From the NCBI GenBank assembly GCA_964360855.1, contig CAYHXV010000002.1, positions 97 through 64,096 of the forward strand: a DNA stretch of 64,000 bases. Reading direction: 5' to 3'. This stretch comes from an uncultured Candidatus Saccharibacteria bacterium. GTDB taxonomy: Bacteria; Patescibacteriota; Minisyncoccia; Phycocordibacterales; Phycocordibacteraceae. The translations under genes and the position numbers were made by a program. The notes beneath the pieces are model-generated. The model ran no database searches and was not told the DNA's origin. It worked only from the letters and a program-made list of their open reading frames with translations. Positions 9,780 to 19,526 of the stretch are shown here, in pieces (positions within the stretch are counted from its first letter, which is position 1; the number at the start of each line of letters is the position of its first letter).

Positions 9780-9962
9780 ATGTGTGTTGGAGAATGACTA
9801 TGCCTGCCGCCTTGTGGGCGAAAGACAAAGCCATCCAATGCTTAATTGGCTGGCAAATCGACCTTGTTCAAAGTATAGCAGACTGGGGGTGTCTCGCAAT
9901 CCAACTGACCAGAAAGCAATAACCCCCGGACTTGTGGTCCGGGGGCCGCCACCGAAGTGGGC

Positions 9963-10787
9963 TTAGTCGTTGAAAGCGAAACCCTTCAAGATCTTCTTCT
10001 GATCCTTGGTCATGGCCAGACGAAGGAGCCAGCCGCTCTTGATGAGAAGGGCGACGCGAAGATTGAAGAGGAACGTGTCGCGATCCTTCAGTCTGGACTC
10101 GAGGCGCGCAATTGTCGCACTGCGCATATCGAACTTTTCAGCGAGGGCGAAGAGAACCAGTTGCTTCTTCAGATCCTCGATCTGTGCTCTTAGACCTTCG
10201 TCCTTCTTGGCCTGCGCCTTCACGACCTGCGCGGCACGAGCCAGTTGGCGCCGATCGATCTTGCCGCTGATGAAGCGGAACATCGTCATATGGTCGACGA
10301 GGAGGTATTCCACGCCTTCCACCAGATTCACCGGAATTTGAGTGACGAAGACGCGATCCGGGCGGTACTGCACCATGAAACCGAAGTCGCTATCTCCGTA
10401 TCCGCTCCTGATGAACGGATTCACCGGATTGTACTGATGCTCGTATTCCACGATCAGCTTGCCGTCCTTCCAGTAGTAGGGCCAGAAGTTGTAGCTGTCG
10501 GTGTTGACGATCTTGGACTTGAAGATCAGCAGGCCGTTCGTTCCCTTCTTGGGACTGAAGACAAACTGCCGGTAGGTGTGCCCGATCGGCGGGAACATTC
10601 CTTCCGGGCACGTTGACCCGAGGAACTGACCCGAAGTGGTGAGATCGATAGTGGCGACGCCATTAACAGCGTTAATACCAGACATAGTATGTAGACCTTC
10701 CTCTAGCATCGCTAGAAATACGGGAGTGGCCGCATCGCGGGTTCCCTTGGCCAGTTGAATCCTCTCTAGCCCAGTGAGGGGAAACAT
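9963..10787 (-). CDS. Hypothetical protein with C-terminal coiled coil (start uncertain)
   Basis: 274-aa ORF, C/G-ending codon bias, downstream hairpin at about 9923-9945. Confidence 0.7.
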   Translation of the reverse strand: MFPLTGLERIQLAKGTRDAATPVFLAMLEEGLHTMSGINAVNGVATIDLTTSGQFLGSTCPEGMFPPIGHTYRQFVFSPKKGTNGLLIFKSKIVNTDSYNFWPYYWKDGKLIVEYEHQYNPVNPFIRSGYGDSDFGFMVQYRPDRVFVTQIPVNLVEGVEYLLVDHMTMFRFISGKIDRRQLARAAQVVKAQAKKDEGLRAQIEDLKKQLVLFALAEKFDMRSATIARLESRLKDRDTFLFNLRVALLIKSGWLLRLAMTKDQKKILKGFAFND

Positions 10788-10824
10788 CGTTTCCGAATAT
10801 ATAATACACTCATGTGTAAGAAAG

Positions 10825-12042
10825 TCAAGATTGGTTCATGTCCCAAATCCGGCTAGCCACGTTCCGGGGCTCCCCCTCAAACGGAAGGTGGTGATTATCA
10901 AAAAATGGCATGCTGTTGCACTCCAGAATTCCACACCGTTCCTGCTCTTTCCACGAACGAGAAATGTCCTCGATTATGAAATCTATACCTACAATCGTTG
11001 CTCCAAGTACCCGAGCGGTTTCTTCAAAGAGGGTGATGTTGTCCGGATGTACTTCATCCGTTACGTCACAGGTAGTGCCCCCTACACTCCAGTTAATTTT
11101 CTGATGGAGAATTGCTCGTACACCAATTGGAAGCACACTTTCACGGGTGAGCTTCTGCCAAGCCAGCTCCTGGTCTGCCGCTTCATCAAGCTTGATGTGG
11201 TGGAAGTATGGTCCCTGGCGTTTTGGGTGCGTGTTCGCTTCTGCTACAAGCTCCGTTATGGTGCGCTTCCCGTCTCCCACGACATACGGCTGATCCCTGC
11301 GAAGTGCTGCGACAAACACTCCCGCCACCACCGTTGCGCGATAGACTGGACCCGTGAGTTCCTCTTCAATAACCGCTCTCGGGGCAACTTGAGTCGCCAC
11401 GCGAAACGCGTGGGTGAGTTCTGCCTCGTTCATAATATGGAGGATAGTGTGCCTCGACCCCGACCCTGAATATGGCTTCACAATCACCGGAGGCGTGAGG
11501 GAGCTCATGATCTTTTTCGCTCCAGAGAGTGAGCGAGCTGCACCGCCTCTCGCCACTGGAAGTCCGAGCTTGGTGAACTCCTTTTTAAGGATCTCCTTGT
11601 TATCCATCCACGGTACGCGAGCAGAATCTGCACGCGGGAGTGGAATTCCTTCATAGGCAATGCGCTTTCCGTTTGGAAGACGAGCCATAAATATATTGCG
11701 TGCAAGGCCAAAAAGTCTGAACTCCTCAACCACTATTCCACGCTCTTTGGCCTCGTTCCAAATCATGAGTGCTAGGAGTTGTGTATCCTCGTCTGGTTCT
11801 CGTACTCGCTTCGCCAATCTAAGGAATATGAAAAGCTCCAGTATGGGTACTACGATGGTGCGCTCGATAAGCATACGGAGATTGTTTGAAGCTCGGGGAG
11901 CTTTGGCAATGCCACCCTGTGGCGCACCAAAGAGACCGGCCACGAATTCGTCTATGAGGATAGAGGTATAGGTAATTCCATGAAAAACCGGGCCATCTCC
12001 GCATTCTTTGCAGGGGGCAGGAGTGGGGAGGGTGAAGGGCAT
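10825..12042 (-). CDS. Stand-alone ATP-grasp ligase (cyanophycin synthetase N-terminal/GshAB-like)
   Basis: DNKE..K..G+PV.RG, VIVKP, VVGDG..TI.EL, N...GG...DVTDEVHP, GIDFI, ILECN. Confidence 0.85.
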   Translation of the reverse strand: MPFTLPTPAPCKECGDGPVFHGITYTSILIDEFVAGLFGAPQGGIAKAPRASNNLRMLIERTIVVPILELFIFLRLAKRVREPDEDTQLLALMIWNEAKERGIVVEEFRLFGLARNIFMARLPNGKRIAYEGIPLPRADSARVPWMDNKEILKKEFTKLGLPVARGGAARSLSGAKKIMSSLTPPVIVKPYSGSGSRHTILHIMNEAELTHAFRVATQVAPRAVIEEELTGPVYRATVVAGVFVAALRRDQPYVVGDGKRTITELVAEANTHPKRQGPYFHHIKLDEAADQELAWQKLTRESVLPIGVRAILHQKINWSVGGTTCDVTDEVHPDNITLFEETARVLGATIVGIDFIIEDISRSWKEQERCGILECNSMPFFDNHHLPFEGEPRNVASRIWDMNQS

Positions 12043-12065
12043 ATTCTGACAGTATACCAATGGTG

Positions 12066-12152
12066 CGGAGGAGGTGGGATTCGAACCCACGGTCCCGTTT
12101 CCAGGACGCCACATTTCGAGTGTGGTACTTTCGACCACTCAGCCACTCCTCC
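12066..12152 (-). tRNA. tRNA-Ser(CGA)
   Basis: Cloverleaf with long variable arm; anticodon loop CT-CGA-AA; GGTTCGAATCC. Confidence 0.96.
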
Positions 12153-12212
12153 CGATGTGCTTTGCTAGCCTAGCATTTCTGCTCATAAAAATGTAGGATG
12201 CTCAGTGTAGAC

Positions 12213-12284
12213 GGCCCCATCGTCTAATGGTTAGGACGACGGCTTTTCAAGCCGTTAACCCGGGTTCGACTCCCGGTGGGGTCA
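12213..12284 (+). tRNA. tRNA-Glu(TTC)
   Basis: Cloverleaf; anticodon loop TT-TTC-AA; GGTTCGACTCC. Confidence 0.96.
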
Positions 12285-12358
12285 CACAGATTTTGTGCTT
12301 GTTTTAAGCTACACCACAGGGGTACCCAAATAGTCAGTGGAACCTGTATAATAGAGAC

Positions 12359-12724
12359 ATGAAAATCCTAGTCGCACACGCCAGCAATTACGATTATCAG
12401 ACCGAGTTGTACGAGCCTCTAAAGCAATCAGGACTTGCCCAAGAGCATACAATCATCTTCCCGCATGATGAGGAGAATGCAGAGATCGAGACCAATTCGG
12501 TCATCCCAGAAGCAGGCCTTCTCATTGCTGAAGTCTCCCATCCTTCCACAGGTGCTGGTATAGAAATAGGCCTCGCGCAAGCCGCGGGCGTTCCCACCAT
12601 TTTCCTCTGTAAGGCAGGCACTACTCCTTCCTCGGCACTCAAGTTCATTAAGGGTACTCTCATCGAATATACTGACGCCGCTGATCTTGTTGCAAAGGTG
12701 CAAGGATATCTAACCTCGAGCTAA
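12359..12724 (+). CDS. Nucleoside 2-deoxyribosyltransferase-like protein
   Basis: IAEVSHPSTGAGIEIG motif. Confidence 0.8.
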   Translation: MKILVAHASNYDYQTELYEPLKQSGLAQEHTIIFPHDEENAEIETNSVIPEAGLLIAEVSHPSTGAGIEIGLAQAAGVPTIFLCKAGTTPSSALKFIKGTLIEYTDAADLVAKVQGYLTSS

Positions 12725-12809
12725 TTCCTTCTCTAAGGAGCGGCCGAATACGAGCCAGCTATTAAGCTCTGAAACCAGAGGGTTCCAATTACAACTAATT
12801 TGGGTCACA

Positions 12810-13241
12810 TTAGTTTGTTTTTCCAAACTGCCGCTCGTGCGCAGCATACCTGCGACGAAGTGCTCCCTCATCTCCGTATTCCACGAAGTCCTTCTCGTGT
12901 TCTGCAGGCACATACCCGCGTGTCTCGAGGTGCTCGATGGGACAGAAGTAGCCTTCCGTCTTCCCCGCGATAACGGAAGCGTAATGAAACCAACCATTAA
13001 CGTAGCCACAGTACCCACACCACAGTCTCTCCATAAGGGACAGGTACGGGAGCTTCTCCCGGTCCACAATACGGATATAGCGAGAACGCTGTACATACTT
13101 CATGCCATACAGCGGAAAGCAGATTCGGTGATATACCTCAACACACAAGTCTGCAAAGAGGATGGGCACAAGCATTCCTAGAATAAAGGGCGTGGAGAGG
13201 GCGTGTCTCAAGAACCGAAAGTGGAGTTTCTGGGTAGTCAT
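12810..13241 (-). CDS. Conserved hypothetical membrane-associated Cys-containing protein
   Basis: CFPLYG, DR..L.YL, CGYCGY.NG, YFCPI.H. Confidence 0.8.
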   Translation of the reverse strand: MTTQKLHFRFLRHALSTPFILGMLVPILFADLCVEVYHRICFPLYGMKYVQRSRYIRIVDREKLPYLSLMERLWCGYCGYVNGWFHYASVIAGKTEGYFCPIEHLETRGYVPAEHEKDFVEYGDEGALRRRYAAHERQFGKTN

Positions 13242-13266
13242 GGGTGCAGTCTACGCTGTATTTCCT

Positions 13267-13890
13267 CTATAGACCAAGTTCCTCGCGAGACAGCGCTCCT
13301 TCCCGAAGGATGACCGGTGTCTCAGTAACGCACGACACAATAGTTGAGGGTGTTCCCTTACTTCTCTCTCCGTCGTCTATTACCAGTGAAATGGCAGAAG
13401 CAGACTCTCCAAACTGAGCAAGAATGTCTTGCACAGAACCTGCGGGAGGCAGTGTAGAAATGTTGGCGCTCGTAGACGTATAGGCTCCTTTGAATTGTCT
13501 GGCGAGCGTTACACAAAAAGCATCACTTGGGACACGAACACCAACCGTTCCATCGTCTCGTATAACTCCTTCTAGTACTCGCTCTGTTGCGGGAAGTACC
13601 AAGGTAAGAGGACCAGGCAGAAATCGCTTTGCTAGTGCGTGCGCAGTAGTGTTCATTACTCCATAGTGTTCTATTTCCGCTGAAGACCCAACAGCAATGA
13701 GTGCCGTCTTATGCAGATCACGATTCTTTAGATGGTAGAGACCCCTCAATGCTTGGGTGTTTGTAGCGTTCACTCCAAGTCCGTACACCGTCTCCGTTGG
13801 ATAGAGGACAATCCCTCCTTCAGAAAGTACCCATGCAGCCTCCTGCGCGGCGTGCTCTAGGCCAACTTCTCCGATACGTACTATCTTCAT
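13267..13890 (-). CDS. tsaC: L-threonylcarbamoyladenylate synthase (Sua5/YrdC)
   Basis: PTETVYGL, K.R, PGPLT, STSANIS, PSTIV, LREG. Confidence 0.95.
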   Translation of the reverse strand: MKIVRIGEVGLEHAAQEAAWVLSEGGIVLYPTETVYGLGVNATNTQALRGLYHLKNRDLHKTALIAVGSSAEIEHYGVMNTTAHALAKRFLPGPLTLVLPATERVLEGVIRDDGTVGVRVPSDAFCVTLARQFKGAYTSTSANISTLPPAGSVQDILAQFGESASAISLVIDDGERSKGTPSTIVSCVTETPVILREGALSREELGL

Positions 13891-13934
13891 TTCTTGAATC
13901 AAAGCATCAAACGCGCTATTGTGCGAGGGTTCAT

Positions 13935-14008
13935 GCGCGCTTAGCTCAGTTGGTTAGAGCGTTCCCTTGACGTGGGAAAGGTCGGGGATTCGAATTCCTC
14001 AGCGCGCA
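13935..14008 (+). tRNA. tRNA-Val(GAC)
   Basis: Cloverleaf; anticodon loop TT-GAC-GT. Confidence 0.95.
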
Positions 14009-14076
14009 CAAAGTGCATAACACAAAGAAAGGCAGATTCTGATGCTAGCATCTAGGGTGGATACGGAGGACTAATC

Positions 14077-14202
14077 ATGCCTGGTAGCATTCCATCGTGG
14101 TTAGGTGTTGGCCTGCCACTCGCACTCATAGTGACTCTCTGTTTCGTGCTGCCTGCTCGGCATCTCTTCACGAAATCAGACCATCACCGTGATCCCTCAT
14201 AA
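14077..14202 (+). CDS. 41-aa single-TM micro-protein (MPGSIPSWLGVGLPLALIVTLCFVLPARHLFTKSDHHRDPS)
   Basis: GGAGGA SD; hydrophobic helix; stop codon lies in the loop of hairpin CACCGTGATCCC/GGGTCACGGTG. Confidence 0.55.
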   Translation: MPGSIPSWLGVGLPLALIVTLCFVLPARHLFTKSDHHRDPS

Positions 14203-14261
14203 GGGGTCACGGTGCTGTTGTATAACTCGCCGAACTCTCTCAAACGCGCTACACTCGCCCT

Positions 14262-15113
14262 ATGGAACGCACCGTTATTCTCTATCATGGGAGTTGCCCG
14301 GACGGCTTTGGAGCCGCGTACGCTGCCTGGAAGAAGTTTGGGGACTCTGCCGAGTATATCCCGCTGCATCGTGGCGATGAGCTCCCTCAGGGGCTTGAGG
14401 GAGCTCATCTCTATTTCGTAGATTTCACATACGAACAGGAGGGCATGGATCACTTTGTATCTATCGCAAAGTCCGTGACCGTTCTCGACCACCACATCGG
14501 TATGAAGGAGGTGGTGGAGCGCATGCCCGAGCATGTGTTTGATAACGACAAATCAGGAGCCTCTATTGCTTGGAGTTACTTCCATCCTGATGCCCCACTT
14601 CCGACTCTTCTGGCGCATATTGAGGATGACGATATATATCGCTATGCTCTTCCCGATACTCGTGCAGTTCTCTCCTATGTGAGTGTTCACCCGTTCACCT
14701 TTGAATCATGGGACGAGCTTGCGGGTATGCTTGAAAATCCAGAAACCCGAGAGGCGTTTCTCATTAAGGCGCGCGCATATGCAGAATACTTTGAGCTACT
14801 CGCTAAGTCCGCAGCAGATAAAGCAAATCTGGTGGAGTTCGAGGGATACCGCTGTATGTTTGCAAATGCGCACCCCAGCAAACCTATGAAATCATACGTT
14901 GGGAACATTCTTGCTAAGGAACATGGACCCATTGCTCTGGTGGTGTCTGCACACCCGAAGGGGTTTGGGGTCTCTATTCGCGGAGATGGTAGCGTGAACG
15001 TGGCGCAGATTGCGGAGAAGTATGGAGGGAACGGGCACCATGATTCTGCAGGGTTCCTGATTCCGGTGGACGGAGCGATGCCGTGGGTACTTATTGAAGA
15101 TGAAGCTGCATAA
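14262..15113 (+). CDS. DHH/DHHA1 family phosphoesterase
   Basis: YH..CPDG, VD, LDHH, GG.GH...AGF motifs. Confidence 0.92.
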   Translation: MERTVILYHGSCPDGFGAAYAAWKKFGDSAEYIPLHRGDELPQGLEGAHLYFVDFTYEQEGMDHFVSIAKSVTVLDHHIGMKEVVERMPEHVFDNDKSGASIAWSYFHPDAPLPTLLAHIEDDDIYRYALPDTRAVLSYVSVHPFTFESWDELAGMLENPETREAFLIKARAYAEYFELLAKSAADKANLVEFEGYRCMFANAHPSKPMKSYVGNILAKEHGPIALVVSAHPKGFGVSIRGDGSVNVAQIAEKYGGNGHHDSAGFLIPVDGAMPWVLIEDEAA

Positions 15114-15130
15114 GTATTAATGTATTTCGT

Positions 15131-15385
15131 ATGAAACTATTTGAAATGAGCAGAGAAAGAGACGTGGGCGGAGAACAAAGTGACGGAGGACACTCTGGCA
15201 CCGGAAAAGTTCTTGAGGGTGTCGTGTTTTCTGATGGAACTACGGTTGTGCGCTGGGCAGTAGCAAACCAAAGTAACAGCACTGCAGTTTGGGATTCGTA
15301 TGAGGCGTTTGCTCATTTTCATGTAGACAAGCGTCCAGAGAACGGAACACGGATACAGTGGATTCATGAAGATTCTAGCAATTGA
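15131..15385 (+). CDS. Hypothetical protein (phage-like small beta protein)
   Basis: SGTG.V.EGV.FSDGT.V.RW pattern; overlaps the tsaD start. Confidence 0.65.
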   Translation: MKLFEMSRERDVGGEQSDGGHSGTGKVLEGVVFSDGTTVVRWAVANQSNSTAVWDSYEAFAHFHVDKRPENGTRIQWIHEDSSN

Positions 15386-16550
15386 GACCAGCTGCGACGA
15401 AACCGCAGTTGCCATACTTGAATGTTCCGGTGATCAGACTGGTGCCGAGTTCAAGGTGCTTGGCAACGCCCTTATCTCCCAGATAGATCTGCACCGGGCG
15501 TATGGTGGCGTGTATCCGGCACTTGCGAAGCGCGAACATGCCAAGAATCTGGTTCCACTTCTTTCAAGTGCACTTGAGGAAGCCGAGATGCTGCACGAAG
15601 ATTTGCAAACACTCTCACCCGAATTGCACGAGGAACTCACCGTATTGCTGGCTCGTGAGCCAGGTCTCTCTGATGCCTTTTTTGCATTTCTCTCTGAATG
15701 CGAGAAACCGGATATTGATGCAATTGCGGTAACGGCAGGTCCGGGACTTGAGCCGGCACTCTGGGTGGGAGTTAACTTTGCTAAGGCATTAGCACATGTG
15801 TGGAGTGTGCCCCTCGTTGCAGTGGACCACATGGAGGGACACATTCTCTCGTCTCTACTCACGAGTGTAGACGACCGTGTATACACACTTCCGAAACCAA
15901 AGCTTCCCCTTCTGGCTCTTCTTATTTCTGGGGGACACACCGAACTGGTACACATGAAAGATTGGCTCTCCTACTCACTGATTGGCCGCACCCGAGATGA
16001 CGCTGTTGGTGAAGCGTTTGATAAAGTGGCGCGCATGCTTGAGCTTCCCTATCCGGGAGGACCAGAAGTCTCTCGCCTTGCTGAACGAAACCGAGAAGAC
16101 ACCGACACAAACCCTTTCACTCTGCCGCGCCCCATGCTGCACGATCCGCATTGTGATTTTTCGTTTTCAGGACTCAAGACGGCGGTACTGTACTTAACGA
16201 AAGACAAAAATAGGACAGATGTGGAGAAGGAACAGCTGGCGCGCGCTTTCGAAGACGCGGTGGGCGATGTTTTGTATTCAAAATCTTTGCGCGCCATAGA
16301 CGAAACAGCAGTAAGTACCTTTACCATTGGTGGCGGGGTATCAGCAAACACGCACGTGCGACGAGTGTTCACCGAGCGACTTGGAAAAGATGCACCACAA
16401 GTAAAGCTCTGCATTCCTTCAGCTGCACTAACTGGAGACAACGCCATCATGATAGGGGTGGCGGGGTACTTCCATGCACTGCGGGAGGAGTTTGAAGATC
16501 CAGAGACACTGGTGGCTAACGGAAACCTGTCCCTGTCTGAGCCTTCTTAG
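15366..16550 (+). CDS. tsaD: tRNA threonylcarbamoyltransferase TsaD
   Basis: IETSCDET, GPGL, HMEGH, SGGHT, DDAVGEAFDK, FSFSGLKT, DNAIMI. Confidence 0.98.
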   Translation: MKILAIETSCDETAVAILECSGDQTGAEFKVLGNALISQIDLHRAYGGVYPALAKREHAKNLVPLLSSALEEAEMLHEDLQTLSPELHEELTVLLAREPGLSDAFFAFLSECEKPDIDAIAVTAGPGLEPALWVGVNFAKALAHVWSVPLVAVDHMEGHILSSLLTSVDDRVYTLPKPKLPLLALLISGGHTELVHMKDWLSYSLIGRTRDDAVGEAFDKVARMLELPYPGGPEVSRLAERNREDTDTNPFTLPRPMLHDPHCDFSFSGLKTAVLYLTKDKNRTDVEKEQLARAFEDAVGDVLYSKSLRAIDETAVSTFTIGGGVSANTHVRRVFTERLGKDAPQVKLCIPSAALTGDNAIMIGVAGYFHALREEFEDPETLVANGNLSLSEPS

Positions 16551-16591
16551 GGCGCGCCAAAAGGCGCTTGTTTTGCTATATTTGGAACATA

Positions 16592-18760
16592 ATGGACGAT
16601 AAGTTTAAGAAACCATACGATCCTGCACTCACTGAGTCCCGTATATACGAGGCATGGGAGAAGAGTGGGTACTTCAACCCGGACAACCTACCCGGTGACC
16701 GGCCCGAAACCTATACCGTTACCCTTCCGCCACCAAACGTAACGGGGGTGCTCCACCTTGGGCACGCATACGAGGATTCCCTTCAAGACGCTGTGGTTCG
16801 TTTTGAACGCATGCGGGGGAAACGTGCGCTCTGGGTGCCCGGAACCGACTCAGCAGCAATAGCCACCCAAGCACGGGTGGAGAAAAACCTCATGAAGGAG
16901 GAGGGCAAGAGCCGTCATGATATTGGGCGGGAGGAGTTGGTGCGTCGTGTAGCACTATTTGCAAAAGAAAGTGAGAGTAGCATTCTTTCTCAGATTCGAC
17001 GCATGGGAGCTTCACTTGATTGGTCTCGCTATGCCTACACGCTGGATGAAGTGCGCAACCGCGCAGTCTTCACTGCCTTCAAGCGCATGTATGACGCAGG
17101 ACTTATATACCGAGGTAATCGGATTGTGAACTGGGACCCAAAAGGACAGACCACAATCTCAGACGATGAAATAGTGCATGAGGAACGCACGGCAAAACTG
17201 TACACCTTCCGATACGCAAAGGACTTTCCTATTCCGGTGGCCACAACACGTCTTGAGACAAAGGTAGGTGACGTGGCGGTTGCGGTGCATCCAGATGACG
17301 CACGATACAAGGAATTCGTGGGCAAGACATACGAAGTAGTGTTCTGCGATGTGCCACTTTCTATACGCATAGTTGCAGACAAAGAAGTAGATCCCGAGTT
17401 TGGTACGGGCGCTCTTGGCGTGACCCCTGCACACAGCCACGTGGATGCAGAGATTGCAGATAGGCACCAACTTCCGAAGGATCGAGTGGTTATAAACGAA
17501 TATGCAAAGATGAGCGCCCCTGGTCGCTTGAATGGGCTCAAGGTGCTTGAGGCTCGTGAGGTGGTTGCGCAGTGGCTGCGAGACGAAGGACTCATGGAGA
17601 ATGAGGAGGACATTTCTCAAAATGTAGCGACGGCTGAACGCACCGGAGGGATTATTGAGCCGCTGCCAAAGCTGCAGTGGTTTGTGGCGGTAGACAAGCC
17701 ATTCACCCTTCCACACTCAGAACTCTCGGGAATTGCGAGTGGAGCACAGATCACGCTTAAAGAAATGATGCGGACCATGGTTGAAAGCGGGGATGTCTCC
17801 ATGCCCCAGGAGAACTTTAAGAAAGTCTACTTCCACTGGATCAATAACTTGCACGACTGGTGCATTAGTCGCCAGATATGGTTTGGGCACCGTATACCGG
17901 TATGGTACCGGGGAGAGGAGTTGGTATGTAGCATAACGGCGCCCGAAGGAAGCGACTGGGAGCAAGATCCCGACGTACTTGATACCTGGTTCTCTTCTGC
18001 CTTGTGGACATTCTCTACGCTCGGATGGCCCGAGGAAACTAAGGATCTGAAAACCTATCACCCCACTGCGTTCATGTCTCCCGCATATGAAATACTTCCC
18101 CTGTGGGTATCCCGCATGATTCTCATGAGTGGTTTTTTGTTGGGGCAAGCCCCGTTCAAAACGGTGATGATCCACGGACTCGTTCGGGACGCCAAAGGAC
18201 GAAAGTTTAGTAAGTCACTTGATAACGGAGTGGATCCAATTGAAATGATTGATAAGTACGGAGCGGACGCGCTTCGCATGGGAGTGCTCGTGGGCACCGC
18301 AATAGGCAACGACATTCGCTTTGATGAGAGTAAAGTAAAAGGATACAAGAACTTTGCCAATAAACTCTGGAATATAACCCGTTTTGTTTTGGAGCAGACT
18401 GAGGGTGCCGATACGGCTGCAGTACTCACTGGCGCAGACCAGCTACTTCGAACTGAATTGAATGCGATTATCCTTGACGTAACAAAAGATATGGAAGAGC
18501 ATCGCCTCTACCTCGCAGCTGAGAAGCTCTACCACTATGCGTGGCATGAGTTGGCGGACACTATTATTGAAGAATCGAAGCCACTTCTCTTAGGAGATGA
18601 TGTACTGATCAAAGCATCGCGCCAAGCACTACTTCTTTCACTCCTGAACGACACCGTGAAGCTTCTCCATCCATTTATGCCGTTTGTGACGGAGGAAATA
18701 TGGAGTTCACTTCCGGGGACAAAGGACCTTCTCATGGTTGCTCCCTGGTCAACCGCTTAG
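16592..18760 (+). CDS. valS: Valine--tRNA ligase (lacks the C-terminal coiled-coil arm)
   Basis: PPPNVTG.LHLGH, DWCISRQIWFGH, DVLDTWFSS, KFSKS. Confidence 0.98.
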   Translation: MDDKFKKPYDPALTESRIYEAWEKSGYFNPDNLPGDRPETYTVTLPPPNVTGVLHLGHAYEDSLQDAVVRFERMRGKRALWVPGTDSAAIATQARVEKNLMKEEGKSRHDIGREELVRRVALFAKESESSILSQIRRMGASLDWSRYAYTLDEVRNRAVFTAFKRMYDAGLIYRGNRIVNWDPKGQTTISDDEIVHEERTAKLYTFRYAKDFPIPVATTRLETKVGDVAVAVHPDDARYKEFVGKTYEVVFCDVPLSIRIVADKEVDPEFGTGALGVTPAHSHVDAEIADRHQLPKDRVVINEYAKMSAPGRLNGLKVLEAREVVAQWLRDEGLMENEEDISQNVATAERTGGIIEPLPKLQWFVAVDKPFTLPHSELSGIASGAQITLKEMMRTMVESGDVSMPQENFKKVYFHWINNLHDWCISRQIWFGHRIPVWYRGEELVCSITAPEGSDWEQDPDVLDTWFSSALWTFSTLGWPEETKDLKTYHPTAFMSPAYEILPLWVSRMILMSGFLLGQAPFKTVMIHGLVRDAKGRKFSKSLDNGVDPIEMIDKYGADALRMGVLVGTAIGNDIRFDESKVKGYKNFANKLWNITRFVLEQTEGADTAAVLTGADQLLRTELNAIILDVTKDMEEHRLYLAAEKLYHYAWHELADTIIEESKPLLLGDDVLIKASRQALLLSLLNDTVKLLHPFMPFVTEEIWSSLPGTKDLLMVAPWSTA

Positions 18761-18809
18761 GCGTTGTTAGACCACATGCTACCCATGCCGATGTGGCATA
18801 ATAGCTTTG

Positions 18810-19523
18810 ATGTCTTATAGCACACTCGGGTATGCATTCGTGGGAGGAATCCTTCCCGCACTCGTGTGGCTATATTTTCTCTTGAAGGAGGACCAACGGT
18901 GCCCGGAGCCTCGTCCGCTCATTCTTGTAGCGTTTATGTCGGGCATGCTTGCGGTGGCGTTCGCACTTCCCCTTGAGCACTTTGCCAAACTTTGGCTTCC
19001 AAGCGACTTATCTGTGGTGCTTGCCTGGGCAAGTATTGAGGAGGTCTTGAAGTATGCCATCGTGTCGCTCATCGTGCTCTGGCGACGCGCCGTGGACGAA
19101 TCGGTGGACTTGGTGATCTATATGATTACCGCAGCTCTCGGGTTTGCTGCACTTGAGAATGTCCTGTTCTTCTTTCAAGCACTCACGGTGCACGGGCTGT
19201 GGGGAAGCGCGGGAGCTCTTGCCACCGGAAACTTACGTTTCATTGGTGCGTCCCTTCTGCATATTGTTGCGTCTGCCGCAATTGGATTTGCTCTGGCGTT
19301 TGGGTTTCGTGCACATCGCGCGGTGCGGGCACTCTACGCAACCGCCGGACTTATCCTCGCCATCGCATTGCATAGTGCCTTTAATTTCCTTATTATTACG
19401 GGTGACGGATCCCATACGCTTTTTGCGTTCTTCATTGTGTGGATTGGTGCCGTTGTTTTCTTCGCCGTCTTTGAGATATTGAAATACTTCCGCTATCGTA
19501 ATGTACCCAAGAACACCTGCTAA
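18810..19523 (+). CDS. PrsW family intramembrane metalloprotease
   Basis: EE..K, GFAALEN, H and H..FN motifs. Confidence 0.92.
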   Translation: MSYSTLGYAFVGGILPALVWLYFLLKEDQRCPEPRPLILVAFMSGMLAVAFALPLEHFAKLWLPSDLSVVLAWASIEEVLKYAIVSLIVLWRRAVDESVDLVIYMITAALGFAALENVLFFFQALTVHGLWGSAGALATGNLRFIGASLLHIVASAAIGFALAFGFRAHRAVRALYATAGLILAIALHSAFNFLIITGDGSHTLFAFFIVWIGAVVFFAVFEILKYFRYRNVPKNTC

Positions 19524-19526
19524 CCT

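Noticed and set aside
12043-12138. N-terminal extension of the ATP-grasp ORF (likewise 21122-21181 for the DUF2914-like gene)
   Set aside because: These extensions run through tRNA genes
16592-18760. ValRS appears truncated and has KFSKS instead of KMSKS
   Set aside because: Catalytic and anticodon domains are intact with a clean stop; a short ValRS is not evidence of a pseudogene
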